Below are positions 1 through 8,565 of a stretch of DNA of 39,826 nucleotides, piece by piece; within the stretch, counting starts at the first letter, position 1, and each line of letters starts with the position of its first letter. The notes below the pieces were generated by a model that searched no databases, was not told where the DNA came from, and was given only the letters and a program-made list of their open reading frames with translations. Source of the stretch: Caldilineae bacterium (GTDB lineage: Bacteria; Chloroflexota; Anaerolineae; DTLA01); contig JBBIHX010000011.1 of the NCBI GenBank assembly GCA_037446815.1, positions 1 to 39,826 of the forward strand. The letters run 5' to 3'. Both the position numbers and the translations under genes were made by a program.

Positions 1-557
1 ACTTGTTCATAGAGCTTTTCCCACCCGGGAGCTTTCATCTTCTCGTTGTGGACGTCTATCTCAACGGTCGTTCCGTTTGGTTCATCGGTAGGCTCGGATC
101 GGCGGAGCATCTCATCGTCGTATTGCGGGCATCGGGTTTGGGTGTCAAACCACAGGCGGGTCCGTGCCTTTGATCCATTCTTGACCGTTGTAATCGTGCC
201 TTCACCCAAGCCGTATATCGTTTCCTTTAGTCCTCTACCGAACAAGCCCCGTACACTTCTACCCGCCTCAAATCCGCTAGTCCGCCCCGCAAACTCCAGG
301 GCTCTCTCCAGCTGTTCCGCTGTCATGCCCTCCGCAAAGTCCCTTACAACTAGTCGGCGCACTCGCCCGCCTTTCGCACGACACACTTCGATCTCTATCC
401 TGCCCCCGCCCTGCGTCCTGCCTCCGTCTTGTTCGAGCCGAGCATAACTATCGTCGCTGTTAGTAACTAACTCGACAACCCCGTCCAGCAAATTCTTGAT
501 GGTAGCATGCGACAATTGCTCAATTATCCGAGGGTTGATCGCCAACTCTTTCGCCAT
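1..557 (-). CDS. GHKL (Hsp90/MutL/MORC-like, HATPase_c_3) ATPase, N-terminal part; runs off the window edge
   Basis: Not in the ORF track. Manual translation from ATG at 557 (RBS GGAGGTGG): MAKELAINPRIIEQLSHATIKNLLDGVVELVTNSDDSY...VVRDFAEGMT...RGLFGRGLKE...PNGTTVEI. All four Bergerat-fold motifs are present (ExxxNxxD, DxxxGM, GxFGxG, GTxV). Frame open to base 1. Confidence 0.85.
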   Translation of the reverse strand, partial: MAKELAINPRIIEQLSHATIKNLLDGVVELVTNSDDSYARLEQDGGRTQGGGRIEIEVCRAKGGRVRRLVVRDFAEGMTAEQLERALEFAGRTSGFEAGRSVRGLFGRGLKETIYGLGEGTITTVKNGSKARTRLWFDTQTRCPQYDDEMLRRSEPTDEPNGTTVEIDVHNEKMKAPGWEKLYEQ

Positions 558-576
558 AGCTCCACCTCCGATCTGG

Positions 577-1200
577 CTAAGGCAGCATAGCCTCAATGGC
601 CTCAATGAGAGCTTGTAGATCTCCCTCCGAGTATTCATATGATCTCCGCTTGAAGTATGCACAGTTCTGGCGCAGCACCCACGCAGGCGTCTCAAGTGTG
701 GCNNNNNNNNNNCCGAGGAATTCGCGTATCTCGTGATCTCTTGGCGCGAAGTTCTTGGGATCCCGCCTAAACTCGCTGAAAAGGGGGTGTCTCTTTAAGG
801 ATGCTATCAGTCTGTCGTCCCCGCTCCTACCGTTCGGTACTCCCAGCGCCTTGGCTCGGGACAAGGCACCAGACTCCATCTTTGCGATAACACTCTCCGC
901 CACTTTCCTACCAGAATCCGTCAAATAAAGGTAATGCTTGATGCTGCCCGTGATGAGCCCTTGTTGACGCAATGTCCGGATAGGTCGGTCAAACTTCAAT
1001 GAATCAGGCCATTGTGGATACCTCTTGAAGCTGAAGGCTCTCGGAAAGTCGCCATAGCATTGCGCAACCAAGCGTTCAAAGGAGCACACACTTTCCTGCT
1101 GAAGCACCTTGTATATACCCACAAGGATCAAGTCATGCAATGCAGATGGAAGAGTATCTCCGTCGTTTCCTTCACAAGCGGACTCTATCTTCTGGCCCAT
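577..1200 (-). CDS. Hypothetical protein, probable winged-helix-like DNA-binding domain
   Basis: ATG at 1200 with RBS GGAGGTGG; lower-GC codon usage; segment FERLVAQC..FP..FSFKRYPQWPDSLKFDRPIRTLRQQGLI..YLYLTDSGRKVA fits a wHTH wing pattern (LT..G). Contains a 10-N gap at 703-712. Confidence 0.7.
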   Translation of the reverse strand: MGQKIESACEGNDGDTLPSALHDLILVGIYKVLQQESVCSFERLVAQCYGDFPRAFSFKRYPQWPDSLKFDRPIRTLRQQGLITGSIKHYLYLTDSGRKVAESVIAKMESGALSRAKALGVPNGRSGDDRLIASLKRHPLFSEFRRDPKNFAPRDHEIREFLXXXXATLETPAWVLRQNCAYFKRRSYEYSEGDLQALIEAIEAMLP

Positions 1201-1297
1201 GGCGGCCACCTCCAGAAGCCCCTCTGAAAATCTGCGGGTCCCTGCAACTGCCACCAACATGATTGATGCAAAGCGCATTACAATTGTACTCTTGCAA

Positions 1298-1326
1298 AGT
1301 ATACCATGCCAAGTCCTGAGGGTCAA
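1298..1326 (-). promoter_or_regulatory. Sigma70-type promoter for the wHTH-GHKL unit
   Basis: Minus strand reads TTGACC-17 bp-TATACT with an extended -10 (TGG TATACT), about 100 bp upstream of the ATG at 1200. Confidence 0.7.
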
Positions 1327-1341
1327 TCGCCCGACACCGAA

Positions 1342-1452
1342 GACACGGGTTCCAAACGGTGTTGGCGCAATGCATGCACACTCTCGCGGGGATTGCTTCG
1401 GGCGCTGCGCGCCCTCGCAATGACAAACACCAACAGACTTTGGAACCGACTC
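1342..1452. mobile_element. MITE-like element (copy A) with imperfect terminal inverted repeats and an internal GATTGCTTCG...CTCGCAATGAC REP-like palindrome
   Basis: Ends GGTTCCAAACGGTGTTGG ... CCAACAGACTTTGGAACC. The reverse complement of about 1389-1452 is nearly identical to about 6299-6362. Confidence 0.6.
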
Positions 1453-1460
1453 AGCACCGA

Positions 1461-1750
1461 GATTCGGGTTCCAGAGCCTGCTGGCATCTACCGTCATTCC
1501 GAGCGGCGAAGCCGCGAGGAATCTCGCCCCACCCGCGCAATCCGTGGGGACAACGTGCGACGCACCTCGGAGGTGCGTCGCACGTTCCTACCATCTCTCT
1601 ATTCGCGCAGATTCGCGTGATTCGCGGTTCCGGTGCCGTCATCCTCGCGCGCGAGGCGGCGAAGAATCGCCTGCCCCCACCCGCGCAATCCGCGCTATCC
1701 GTGGATGCCGCCGCGCGACACGCCACCGCGGCCCAGAACCGCGGCAATCA
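1461..1750. repeat. Composite REP-like repeat cluster
   Basis: A third element end (GATTCGGGTTCCAG...) at 1461; GTCATTCCGAGCG..CGAGGAATCT unit; CCCCACCCGCGCAATCCG twice (about 1527 and 1676); ATTCGCG-type short repeats at about 1601-1627. Confidence 0.6.
1552..1586. repeat. Perfect 17-bp inverted repeat (REP-like)
   Basis: AACGTGCGACGCACCTC-G-GAGGTGCGTCGCACGTT. Confidence 0.85.
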
Positions 1751-1759
1751 CGCCGCCCC

Positions 1760-2221
1760 CTACCCCTGGGGCCGCCGCTTCACCAGAATCGTCCACTGCC
1801 CCCGCTGCACCGTCTCGCCGCGCTGATTCACCAGCGACACGTCCAGCATCACCAGCCCTGCGGCGTCGCCCATGGGCCGCGTCCCCGCCACTCGCAACGT
1901 GGCGCGAATCGTATCGCCGATGCGCACCGGCGCGCGGAACTTCCATTCCAGCGACAGGAACGCCTCCACCGAGCCTGCCATGAACCCCGTCTGCCAGGCC
2001 AAGCCCGTCGCCATCGCCAGGCCCAGAATCCCGTGGGCGATGCGCTCCCCGAAGGGCGTGCCTCGCGCGTACTCGGCATCCACGTGCAGCGGGTTGAAAT
2101 CGCCCGATAGCCCCGCGAATGCCACGATGTCGGCCTCGGTTACCGTTCGGCCCGCCGTTGCCAACTCCTGCCCCACCTCAAAGTCCTCAAACCACAGTTC
2201 CCGCGATTCCCTGTCGGCCAT
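1760..2221 (-). CDS. MaoC/PhaJ-family (R)-specific hot-dog-fold dehydratase
   Basis: Hydratase-2 motif [22 protein letters not shown], and F.APV.IGD; RBS GAGGAGG. Confidence 0.9.
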   Translation of the reverse strand: MADRESRELWFEDFEVGQELATAGRTVTEADIVAFAGLSGDFNPLHVDAEYARGTPFGERIAHGILGLAMATGLAWQTGFMAGSVEAFLSLEWKFRAPVRIGDTIRATLRVAGTRPMGDAAGLVMLDVSLVNQRGETVQRGQWTILVKRRPQG

Positions 2222-2294
2222 GCGCCCTCCTCTCGCGCAACCAAATCATCTTTGCGGTGTTTGCCTAGTGAAGCCTCTATCGGAATATGATCCC

Positions 2295-3671
2295 ATGCTG
2301 AAAAAGGTCCTCATCGCCAACCGCGGCGAAGTTGCCGTCCGAATCATCCGCACCTGTCGGGAGTTGGGCATCCGCACCGTCGCCATCTACTCCGAGGTGG
2401 ATCGCGCATCCCTGCACGTGCGTTACGCCGACGAAGCGTATGCCGTGGGCCCTGCGCCCGCCCGCGACAGTTATCTCAACATGGAGCGCATTCTGGATGC
2501 CGCCAAGCGCTCCGGCGCCGACGCCGTGCATCCGGGCTACGGCTTCCTNNNNNNNNNNNNNNNNNNNNNNNNNNNNNNNNNNNNNNNNNNNNNNNNNNNN
2601 NNNNNNNNNNNNNNNNNNNNNNNNNNNNNNNNNNNNNNNNNNNNNNNNGGCGGCAAGGGCATCCGCCTCGTCGCCTCGCCCGACGAATTCCCGCAGGCCC
2701 TGGCCCTGGCCCGCCGCGAGGCCCAGGCCGCTTTCGGCGATGACACCGTCTTCCTGGAGCGCGTCCTGGAGGGTGTCCGTCACATTGAGTTCCAGATACT
2801 CGCCGACGAGCACGGCAATATCATCCACCTGGGCGAGCGCGAAGGCTCAGTCCAGCGCCATCACCAGAAAATCCTGGAAGAGGCCCCATCGCGCGCGCTC
2901 AACCCCGACCTGCGCCGTCGCATGGGGCAGACGGCCATCGCCGCCGCGCGCGCCGCCGGTTATGTCAACGCTGGCACCGTGGAATTCCTGCTGGACGAGC
3001 AGCAGAACTTCTACTTCCTGGAGATCAACCCCCGTTTGCAGGTAGAACACCCAACCACCGAAATGGTTACCGGCGTGGACATCGTCAAGGAGCAACTGCG
3101 CATTGCGGCAGGCCGTCGGCTGCGCTACGCCCAGGACGACATCCACCTCCGCGGCTGGGCCATAGAGTGCCGCATCCTCGCCGAGAACCCCTTTGACGGG
3201 TTCCGCCCATCCGTTGGCAAAATCACGTACATGCGCGAGCCTTCGGGGCCAGGCATCCGCGTGGAGACGGGCATTCACGAAGGCTTGGAGATCACGCCGT
3301 ACTACGATTCGCTCATCGCCAAGGTCATCGCCTGGGGCGAGACGCGCGGGGAGGCGCTGGTGCGAATGCGGCGCGCCCTGGACGAATACCGCATCATGGG
3401 CATCCGCACCAACATCCCCCTGCACCAGGAAATCCTAGACGACCCGCGCTTCCAGGGCGGGTACGTGGACACGGCCTTCCTAGACCAGGCGGCCTACGCC
3501 GAGCGCGCCCCCTCGTCGGAAGACCTGCGCGCCGCCGCGGTGCTCGCCGCCCTGCTGCACCATCGCGCCGGCGCCGCGCGCCCTGCTCGCCAGCAATCCG
3601 GCGCGCAAACCCTACGGAACGGAGAGTCCAATTGGAAAGTCCTCGGTCGCTGGATGGCCGTCGGCCGATAA
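2295..3671 (+). CDS. accC: Biotin carboxylase (acetyl/propionyl-CoA carboxylase alpha-type); 100-N gap inside
   Basis: [56 protein letters not shown]. True start ATG at 2295. Confidence 0.93.
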   Translation: MLKKVLIANRGEVAVRIIRTCRELGIRTVAIYSEVDRASLHVRYADEAYAVGPAPARDSYLNMERILDAAKRSGADAVHPGYGFXXXXXXXXXXXXXXXXXXXXXXXXXXXXXXXXXXGGKGIRLVASPDEFPQALALARREAQAAFGDDTVFLERVLEGVRHIEFQILADEHGNIIHLGEREGSVQRHHQKILEEAPSRALNPDLRRRMGQTAIAAARAAGYVNAGTVEFLLDEQQNFYFLEINPRLQVEHPTTEMVTGVDIVKEQLRIAAGRRLRYAQDDIHLRGWAIECRILAENPFDGFRPSVGKITYMREPSGPGIRVETGIHEGLEITPYYDSLIAKVIAWGETRGEALVRMRRALDEYRIMGIRTNIPLHQEILDDPRFQGGYVDTAFLDQAAYAERAPSSEDLRAAAVLAALLHHRAGAARPARQQSGAQTLRNGESNWKVLGRWMAVGR

Positions 3672-4159
3672 CCTATCGCGTGGAGGTGGACGGGACGCCG
3701 ATGACCGTTACCCTCATGCCCGACGGGACGCTGGTCATGGAAGATCGCGCCTTCACCCTGGACGTGTCCGAAATCCAGGGCCTGTCGCTCTACTCGCTCC
3801 TGGTCAATGAGGCGTCCTACGAGGTGCTGGTGGACGAGCGGGGCGGGACGTACTACGCCCTCGTGCGCGGCAAGGTGCACCGCATCCAGGTGCACGACGA
3901 CCTGCCCCAGCAGTCGCGCCCACGTGCGGCCGCGGCCCAGGGCGACGTAGTTGTGCGCGCGCCCCTGTGCGGCCTTGTGGCGGAGGTCTGCGTCAGCGAG
4001 GGCGACCGCGTGGCAGAGGATCAAGTCGTCGCCATCCTGGAGTCCATGAAGATGGAGAACGAGATACGGGCGCCGCGCCCGGGCACCGTCGGGGATATTC
4101 GCGTGCGGGCGGGCGACGTCGTCCGCGAGGGCGACCCGCTGCTCACCATCGGCGGATGA
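3668..4159 (+). CDS. Biotin carboxyl carrier (biotinyl-domain) protein with N-terminal BT-like region; start uncertain (ATA 3668, GTG 3680 or ATG 3701)
   Basis: ESMKMENEI biotinylation motif; RAP..G.V..V.V..GD.V barrel-sandwich pattern. Confidence 0.88.
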   Translation: MTYRVEVDGTPMTVTLMPDGTLVMEDRAFTLDVSEIQGLSLYSLLVNEASYEVLVDERGGTYYALVRGKVHRIQVHDDLPQQSRPRAAAAQGDVVVRAPLCGLVAEVCVSEGDRVAEDQVVAILESMKMENEIRAPRPGTVGDIRVRAGDVVREGDPLLTIGG

Positions 4160-4192
4160 GGCGCGGCCCCGAAACCTATTTGGGAGGCAACC

Positions 4193-5140
4193 GTGATACG
4201 AACTGTACTGTGCGACATGCTGGGAATCCGCTATCCCATCATCCAGGGCGGCATGGCGTGGGTCGCCACTGCCGAGTTGGTCGCCGCCGTGTCCGAGGCG
4301 GGCGGGCTGGGCGTGCTGGGCGGGGGCAACGCGCCGCCCGACTACGTCCGCAGCGAAGTGCGAAAGACCAAGGCGCTCACGCGCAACCCCTTCGCCGTCA
4401 ACATCCCGCTCTTCTCGCCCTTCGTGGACGACATCGTGCAAATTTGCATAGACGAGGGCGTGCCCGTCGTCATGACAGGCGCGGGCAGCCCCTCGGCCAT
4501 CGTGCCGCGCCTGAAGGATGCCGGCATCAAGGTCATCCCCGTCGTCGGCTCCGTGGCCCTGGCCGTGCGCCTGGCGCGCGACGGCGTGGACGCGCTGGTG
4601 GCCGAGGGGATGGAGTCGGGCGGCCACATCGGGGACGTGGCGACGCTGCCCCTGGTGCCCCAGGTGGTGGACGCCGTGGACGTGCCCGTGATTGCCGCGG
4701 GCGGATTTGCCGACGGGCGCGGGCTTCTCGCGGCGCTGGCCCTCGGCGCCGTGGGCATCCAGATGGGCACGCGCTTCATCTGCACCGAGGAATGCACCGT
4801 CCACCCGAACTACAAGGAACGCATCCTGCGGGCCAACGACCGCGCCACCATAACCACGGGCCACTCCCTGGGCCATCCCGTCCGCGCCATACGCAATCAG
4901 ATGACCACGCGCTTCGCGGAGATGGAAAAGACCGGCGCGACCGAGGCCGAGGTCATTGAGTTCGGCACCGGCAAGTTGCGCCTGGCGGCGGTGGAAGGCG
5001 ACGTGGTGAATGGCTCGGTCATGGCGGGGCAAATCGCCGGCCTCGTGCGCGACATCGTGCCCGTGCGCGTCCTCATAGAGCGCATCATGGCCGAAGCCGA
5101 GGCGCATCTCACCCGCCTGAACGCCCTGGCGGGCCGGTGA
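4193..5140 (+). CDS. fabK: Enoyl-ACP reductase II (FMN, nitronate monooxygenase family)
   Basis: YPIIQGGMAW, AEGMESGGHIG, IAAGGFADGRG, QMGTRF, MAGQIAG; fab context; RBS GGGAGG before GTG. Confidence 0.9.
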   Translation: MIRTVLCDMLGIRYPIIQGGMAWVATAELVAAVSEAGGLGVLGGGNAPPDYVRSEVRKTKALTRNPFAVNIPLFSPFVDDIVQICIDEGVPVVMTGAGSPSAIVPRLKDAGIKVIPVVGSVALAVRLARDGVDALVAEGMESGGHIGDVATLPLVPQVVDAVDVPVIAAGGFADGRGLLAALALGAVGIQMGTRFICTEECTVHPNYKERILRANDRATITTGHSLGHPVRAIRNQMTTRFAEMEKTGATEAEVIEFGTGKLRLAAVEGDVVNGSVMAGQIAGLVRDIVPVRVLIERIMAEAEAHLTRLNALAGR

Positions 5141-5167
5141 GGCCGTCCCGCGATGGAGGAGCACGAG

Positions 5168-6133
5168 ATGGAACAGCAGGGGAACGTAGCAACCCGCCTG
5201 GCATTCCAATTCCCAGGGCAAGGCTCGCAGTACGTGGGCATGGGCAAGGCCCTGGCCGAGCGATTTGCCAGCGCCAGGCGCACATTTGAGGAGGCCGACG
5301 ACATCCTGGGCTTCCGCTTGAGCCAACTGTGCTTTGAAGGCCCCGCCGAGACCCTCACCGACACGGTCAACGCCCAGCCGGCCATCCTCACGGCGAGCAT
5401 CGCGGCCCTGCGCGCCCTGGCCGAGGCGACGGATGGCGCCATCGCTCCCGACTACCACATCGGCCACAGCCTGGGCGAGTACTCGGCGCTGGTTGCGGCG
5501 GGGGCGATGACCTTCGCCGACGGCCTGCGGCTGGTGCGGCTTCGCGGCGAACTCATGCGCGAGGCGGGACAGGTGCGGCCAGGCGGGATGCTGGCCGTCC
5601 TCGGCCTGGACGCCGCCGTCCTCCACGACATCTGCGCGAGGGTCTCCGAGGGCGAGCGCGTCGTCCAGGTGGCCAACGACAACGCGCCAGGGCAAGTGGT
5701 GCTCTCCGGCGACATTCAGGCGCTGGAGCACGCAGCCGAGTTGGCCAAGGAGAGTGGCGCGCGACGGGTCATCCGCCTGGCCGTATCCATCGCGGCCCAC
5801 TCGCGCCTCATGGCCCACGCCGCCGAGGGTCTCCGCCGCGCCGTCCATGCCGTGGCCTTGCGGCCGCCCGCCGTGCCCATCGTGGCCAACGTGGACGCGC
5901 GGCCCATCCACACGCCGGAAGACGTGCGGCGCGAACTGGTGGAGCAGTTGACCGCGCCCGTGCGCTGGACCGACTCCATCCGCGAGTTGGCGCGGCGCGG
6001 AGTAACTCGCTTTGTGGAGATCGGCCCCGGCTCGGTGTTGACGGGACTCGTGGGCCGCATCGCCCAGACGGCAACCGCGGTGTCCGTCGGCGATCCGGAG
6101 GCGGTGCTCGCCTTCGCCGCAGCGTGCCGATGA
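5168..6133 (+). CDS. fabD: Malonyl-CoA:ACP transacylase
   Basis: FPGQGSQ, GHSLGEY catalytic motif, ANDN, AAHS, PVRW, EIGPG; RBS GGAGG before ATG 5168. Confidence 0.95.
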   Translation: MEQQGNVATRLAFQFPGQGSQYVGMGKALAERFASARRTFEEADDILGFRLSQLCFEGPAETLTDTVNAQPAILTASIAALRALAEATDGAIAPDYHIGHSLGEYSALVAAGAMTFADGLRLVRLRGELMREAGQVRPGGMLAVLGLDAAVLHDICARVSEGERVVQVANDNAPGQVVLSGDIQALEHAAELAKESGARRVIRLAVSIAAHSRLMAHAAEGLRRAVHAVALRPPAVPIVANVDARPIHTPEDVRRELVEQLTAPVRWTDSIRELARRGVTRFVEIGPGSVLTGLVGRIAQTATAVSVGDPEAVLAFAAACR

Positions 6134-6298
6134 GCGCCTCACCGCCGAGGCGCAGCGGTGCAGCGCAGGCCGGGTTCGTGGTTGTCAACCGCAACGCCGC
6201 GAACTCACCGGAACGGGCGCACGAACCCTACCCGTTGGCGTCCATTCGCGGTTGCCAAAACGCAAGAACCGCACCGTGGCACGAACGGCGAACAGAGC

Positions 6299-6448
6299 GA
6301 TTCGGTTCCAAAGTCTGTTGGTATTTGTCATTGCGAGGGCGCGGAGCGCCCGAAGCAATCTCCAGGGCGCGGGATTGCTTCGCTTCGCTCGCAATGACAC
6401 ACGATGAGAGGCTGCATGCGGCTCACCAACACAAGTTGGAACCGAGTC
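6299..6448. mobile_element. 150-bp MITE-like element (copy B) between fabD and fabG
   Basis: Terminal inverted repeats GATTCGGTTCCAA / TTGGAACCGAGTC (12/13 match); flanked by AACAGAGC (6291-6298) and AACAGTGC (6449-6456); contains an inverted pair TGTCATTGCGAG..GAAGCAATC / GATTGCTTCG..CTCGCAATGACA. Confidence 0.7.
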
Positions 6449-6539
6449 AACAGTGCGCCGTGAGCGCGAGAGGAACCTATCCGATTCGCGCGAATTCGCG
6501 TTCATTCGCGATTACCAAAACGCACAGGAGGTTACGGAC

Positions 6540-7286
6540 ATGACACTGGAAGGCAAGGTCGCCCTGGTAACGGGAGCCTCGCGCGGCATCGGCCGAGCCA
6601 TCGCGCTGCGCCTTGCATCGGCGGGGGCGACCGTGGCCGTGAACTACCGCACGGCTGCGGCCGAGGCCGATAAGGTCGTGGCCGAAATCACGGGCGCCGG
6701 AGGCCGCGCCGCCGCGTTCCAGGCTGACGTCAGCCGCTTCGCCGAGGCTGAACGCCTCATCGGCGAGGTCATCGCTGCCTTCGGGCGCATTGACATCCTG
6801 GTGAACAACGCCGGCACCACGCGGGACACGCTCCTGGCGTCCATGAGCGAAGAGGACTGGGACGTGGTCGTGGACACCTGCCTCAAGGGCGCGTTCAACT
6901 GCTGCCGCGCCGTCATCCGCCCCATGATGCGCCAGCGGTACGGCCGCATTGTGAACATCACATCGGTCGCGGGCCTCGCCGGGCAGGCTGGGCAGGTCAA
7001 CTACGCCGCCGCCAAGGCCGGCCTCATCGGCCTCACCAAGTCGCTGGCGAAGGAGGTCGGTCCTCGCAACATCACCGTCAACGCCGTCGCGCCCGGCTAC
7101 GTCCCCACGGACCTCACCGCGTCGCTGCCTGCCGACATGGTGAAGAACTGGATTGACTTCACTCCGCTGCGGCGTGCGGCCACGCCGGAGGACATCGCCG
7201 CCGCCGTCGCGTTCCTCGTCTCGCCCGACGCCGACTTCATCACGGGCCAGGTCCTCAGCGTGGACGGCGGGCTAATCATGCAGTAG
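6540..7286 (+). CDS. fabG: 3-oxoacyl-ACP reductase
   Basis: [18 protein letters not shown] (YxxxK), PG; RBS AGGAGG before ATG 6540. Confidence 0.95.
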   Translation: MTLEGKVALVTGASRGIGRAIALRLASAGATVAVNYRTAAAEADKVVAEITGAGGRAAAFQADVSRFAEAERLIGEVIAAFGRIDILVNNAGTTRDTLLASMSEEDWDVVVDTCLKGAFNCCRAVIRPMMRQRYGRIVNITSVAGLAGQAGQVNYAAAKAGLIGLTKSLAKEVGPRNITVNAVAPGYVPTDLTASLPADMVKNWIDFTPLRRAATPEDIAAAVAFLVSPDADFITGQVLSVDGGLIMQ

Positions 7287-7326
7287 GGGGCAATTCCATT
7301 GCGCCCCAACACAGAAGGAGATGCAT

Positions 7327-8565
7327 ATGCCACGAACCCGAGTGGTCATCACCGGCATGGGAGCCGTAACGCCCGTGGGGAACGACGTCCCCACCACATG
7401 GCGCAACGTCGTAGATGGGAAATCGGGCGTCGGCCCCATCACCCTGTTTGACGCGTCGGACCTGGAGACGCGGATCGCCGCCGAGGTCAAGGGATTTGAC
7501 CCCACGGCCCTGTTCGGCCCCAAAGCGGCGCGCATTATGGACCGCTACACCCAATTCGCAGTCGCCGCCGCCCGCGAAGCCGTCGCCGACGCGGGCCTCA
7601 CCTTCGCGGGCAACAACGAGCGCGTCGCGGTCATCGTCGGCACGGGTATCGGCGGCATGGCCACGCTGGCCCAGCAACTCCACGTGCTGGACGAGCGCGG
7701 GCCTCGCAGGGTCAGCCCGTTCTTCATTCCAATGGTCCTTGCCGACACCGCCGCCGGCCAAATCGCCATAGAGTACGGCATTCGCGGGCCGAACCTCGCC
7801 GTCATTTCCGCCTGCGCCAGCGGCGCCAACTCCATCGGCGAGGCCGCCGAGATGATCCGCCACGGGCGGGTGGACAAGGCCATCTGCGGCGCGGCCGAGG
7901 CGGGCATCCTGCGCCTGGCCATCGCCGCGTTCAACGTGATGGGGGCCGTCTCCCGGCGCAACGACGAGCCCGAACGCGCCTGCCGCCCGTTTGACGCCAA
8001 GCGCGACGGCTTCGTCATGGGCGAGGGCGCGGGCATCCTGGTGCTGGAGAAACTGGAGGACGCCCAGGCGCGCGGCGCGCACATCTACGCCGAAATCCTC
8101 GGCTACGGCCTGTCGGCCGATGCCTATCACATCACCGCGCCGCTGGAAGATGGCGCGGGTGCGGCGTTGGCCATGGCAGGGGCGCTGCGGGACGCCGGCC
8201 TGTCCCCCGCCGATGTGGAGTACATCAACGCCCACGGGACGAGCACCCCGCTCAACGACCGCGCCGAGACCATCGCCATCAAATCCGTCTTCGGCGAGCA
8301 CGCCTACCGCCTGGCCGTGAGTTCCACCAAGTCGGTTACCGGCCATCTCCTGGGCGCGAGCGGCGCGATTGAAGCCATCATCACGGCCAAGGCCCTGGAG
8401 GAGGGCATCCTCCCGCCCACCATCAACTACGAGACGCCCGACCCCGAGTGCGATTTGGATTACACGCCGAACCGCGCCCGCCACAAAGCCATTCGCGTGG
8501 CGCTGTCCAACTCGTTCGGCTTCGGAGGCCACAACGCCTGCCTGGCGTTGGGAAGATATCCATGA
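7327..8565 (+). CDS. fabF: Beta-ketoacyl-ACP synthase II
   Basis: SACASG (catalytic Cys), NAHGTST, KSVTGHLLGA, SNSFGFGGHN. Confidence 0.96.
   Translation: MPRTRVVITGMGAVTPVGNDVPTTWRNVVDGKSGVGPITLFDASDLETRIAAEVKGFDPTALFGPKAARIMDRYTQFAVAAAREAVADAGLTFAGNNERVAVIVGTGIGGMATLAQQLHVLDERGPRRVSPFFIPMVLADTAAGQIAIEYGIRGPNLAVISACASGANSIGEAAEMIRHGRVDKAICGAAEAGILRLAIAAFNVMGAVSRRNDEPERACRPFDAKRDGFVMGEGAGILVLEKLEDAQARGAHIYAEILGYGLSADAYHITAPLEDGAGAALAMAGALRDAGLSPADVEYINAHGTSTPLNDRAETIAIKSVFGEHAYRLAVSSTKSVTGHLLGASGAIEAIITAKALEEGILPPTINYETPDPECDLDYTPNRARHKAIRVALSNSFGFGGHNACLALGRYP

Noticed and set aside
46..447. 133-aa plus-strand ORF
   Set aside because: Antisense shadow of the GHKL ATPase gene, which has clear motifs and an RBS.
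1201..1497. N-terminal extension of the 577-1497 ORF
   Set aside because: It runs through the promoter and MITE; the RBS supports a start at 1200.
1340..1750. Possible CRISPR array
   Set aside because: Repeats are heterogeneous palindromes without constant repeat/spacer periodicity, and there are no cas genes.
2549..2648. Apparent internal deletion in accC
   Set aside because: The 100 Ns are a scaffold placeholder; the missing ATP-grasp segment is probably just unsequenced.
3494..6142. 882-aa minus-strand ORF, and similar long ORFs at 11204-13240, 16369-18186, 24942-27833 and 30537-34214
   Set aside because: Antisense shadows of well-supported genes, expected in GC-rich DNA with biased third positions; no recognisable motifs.
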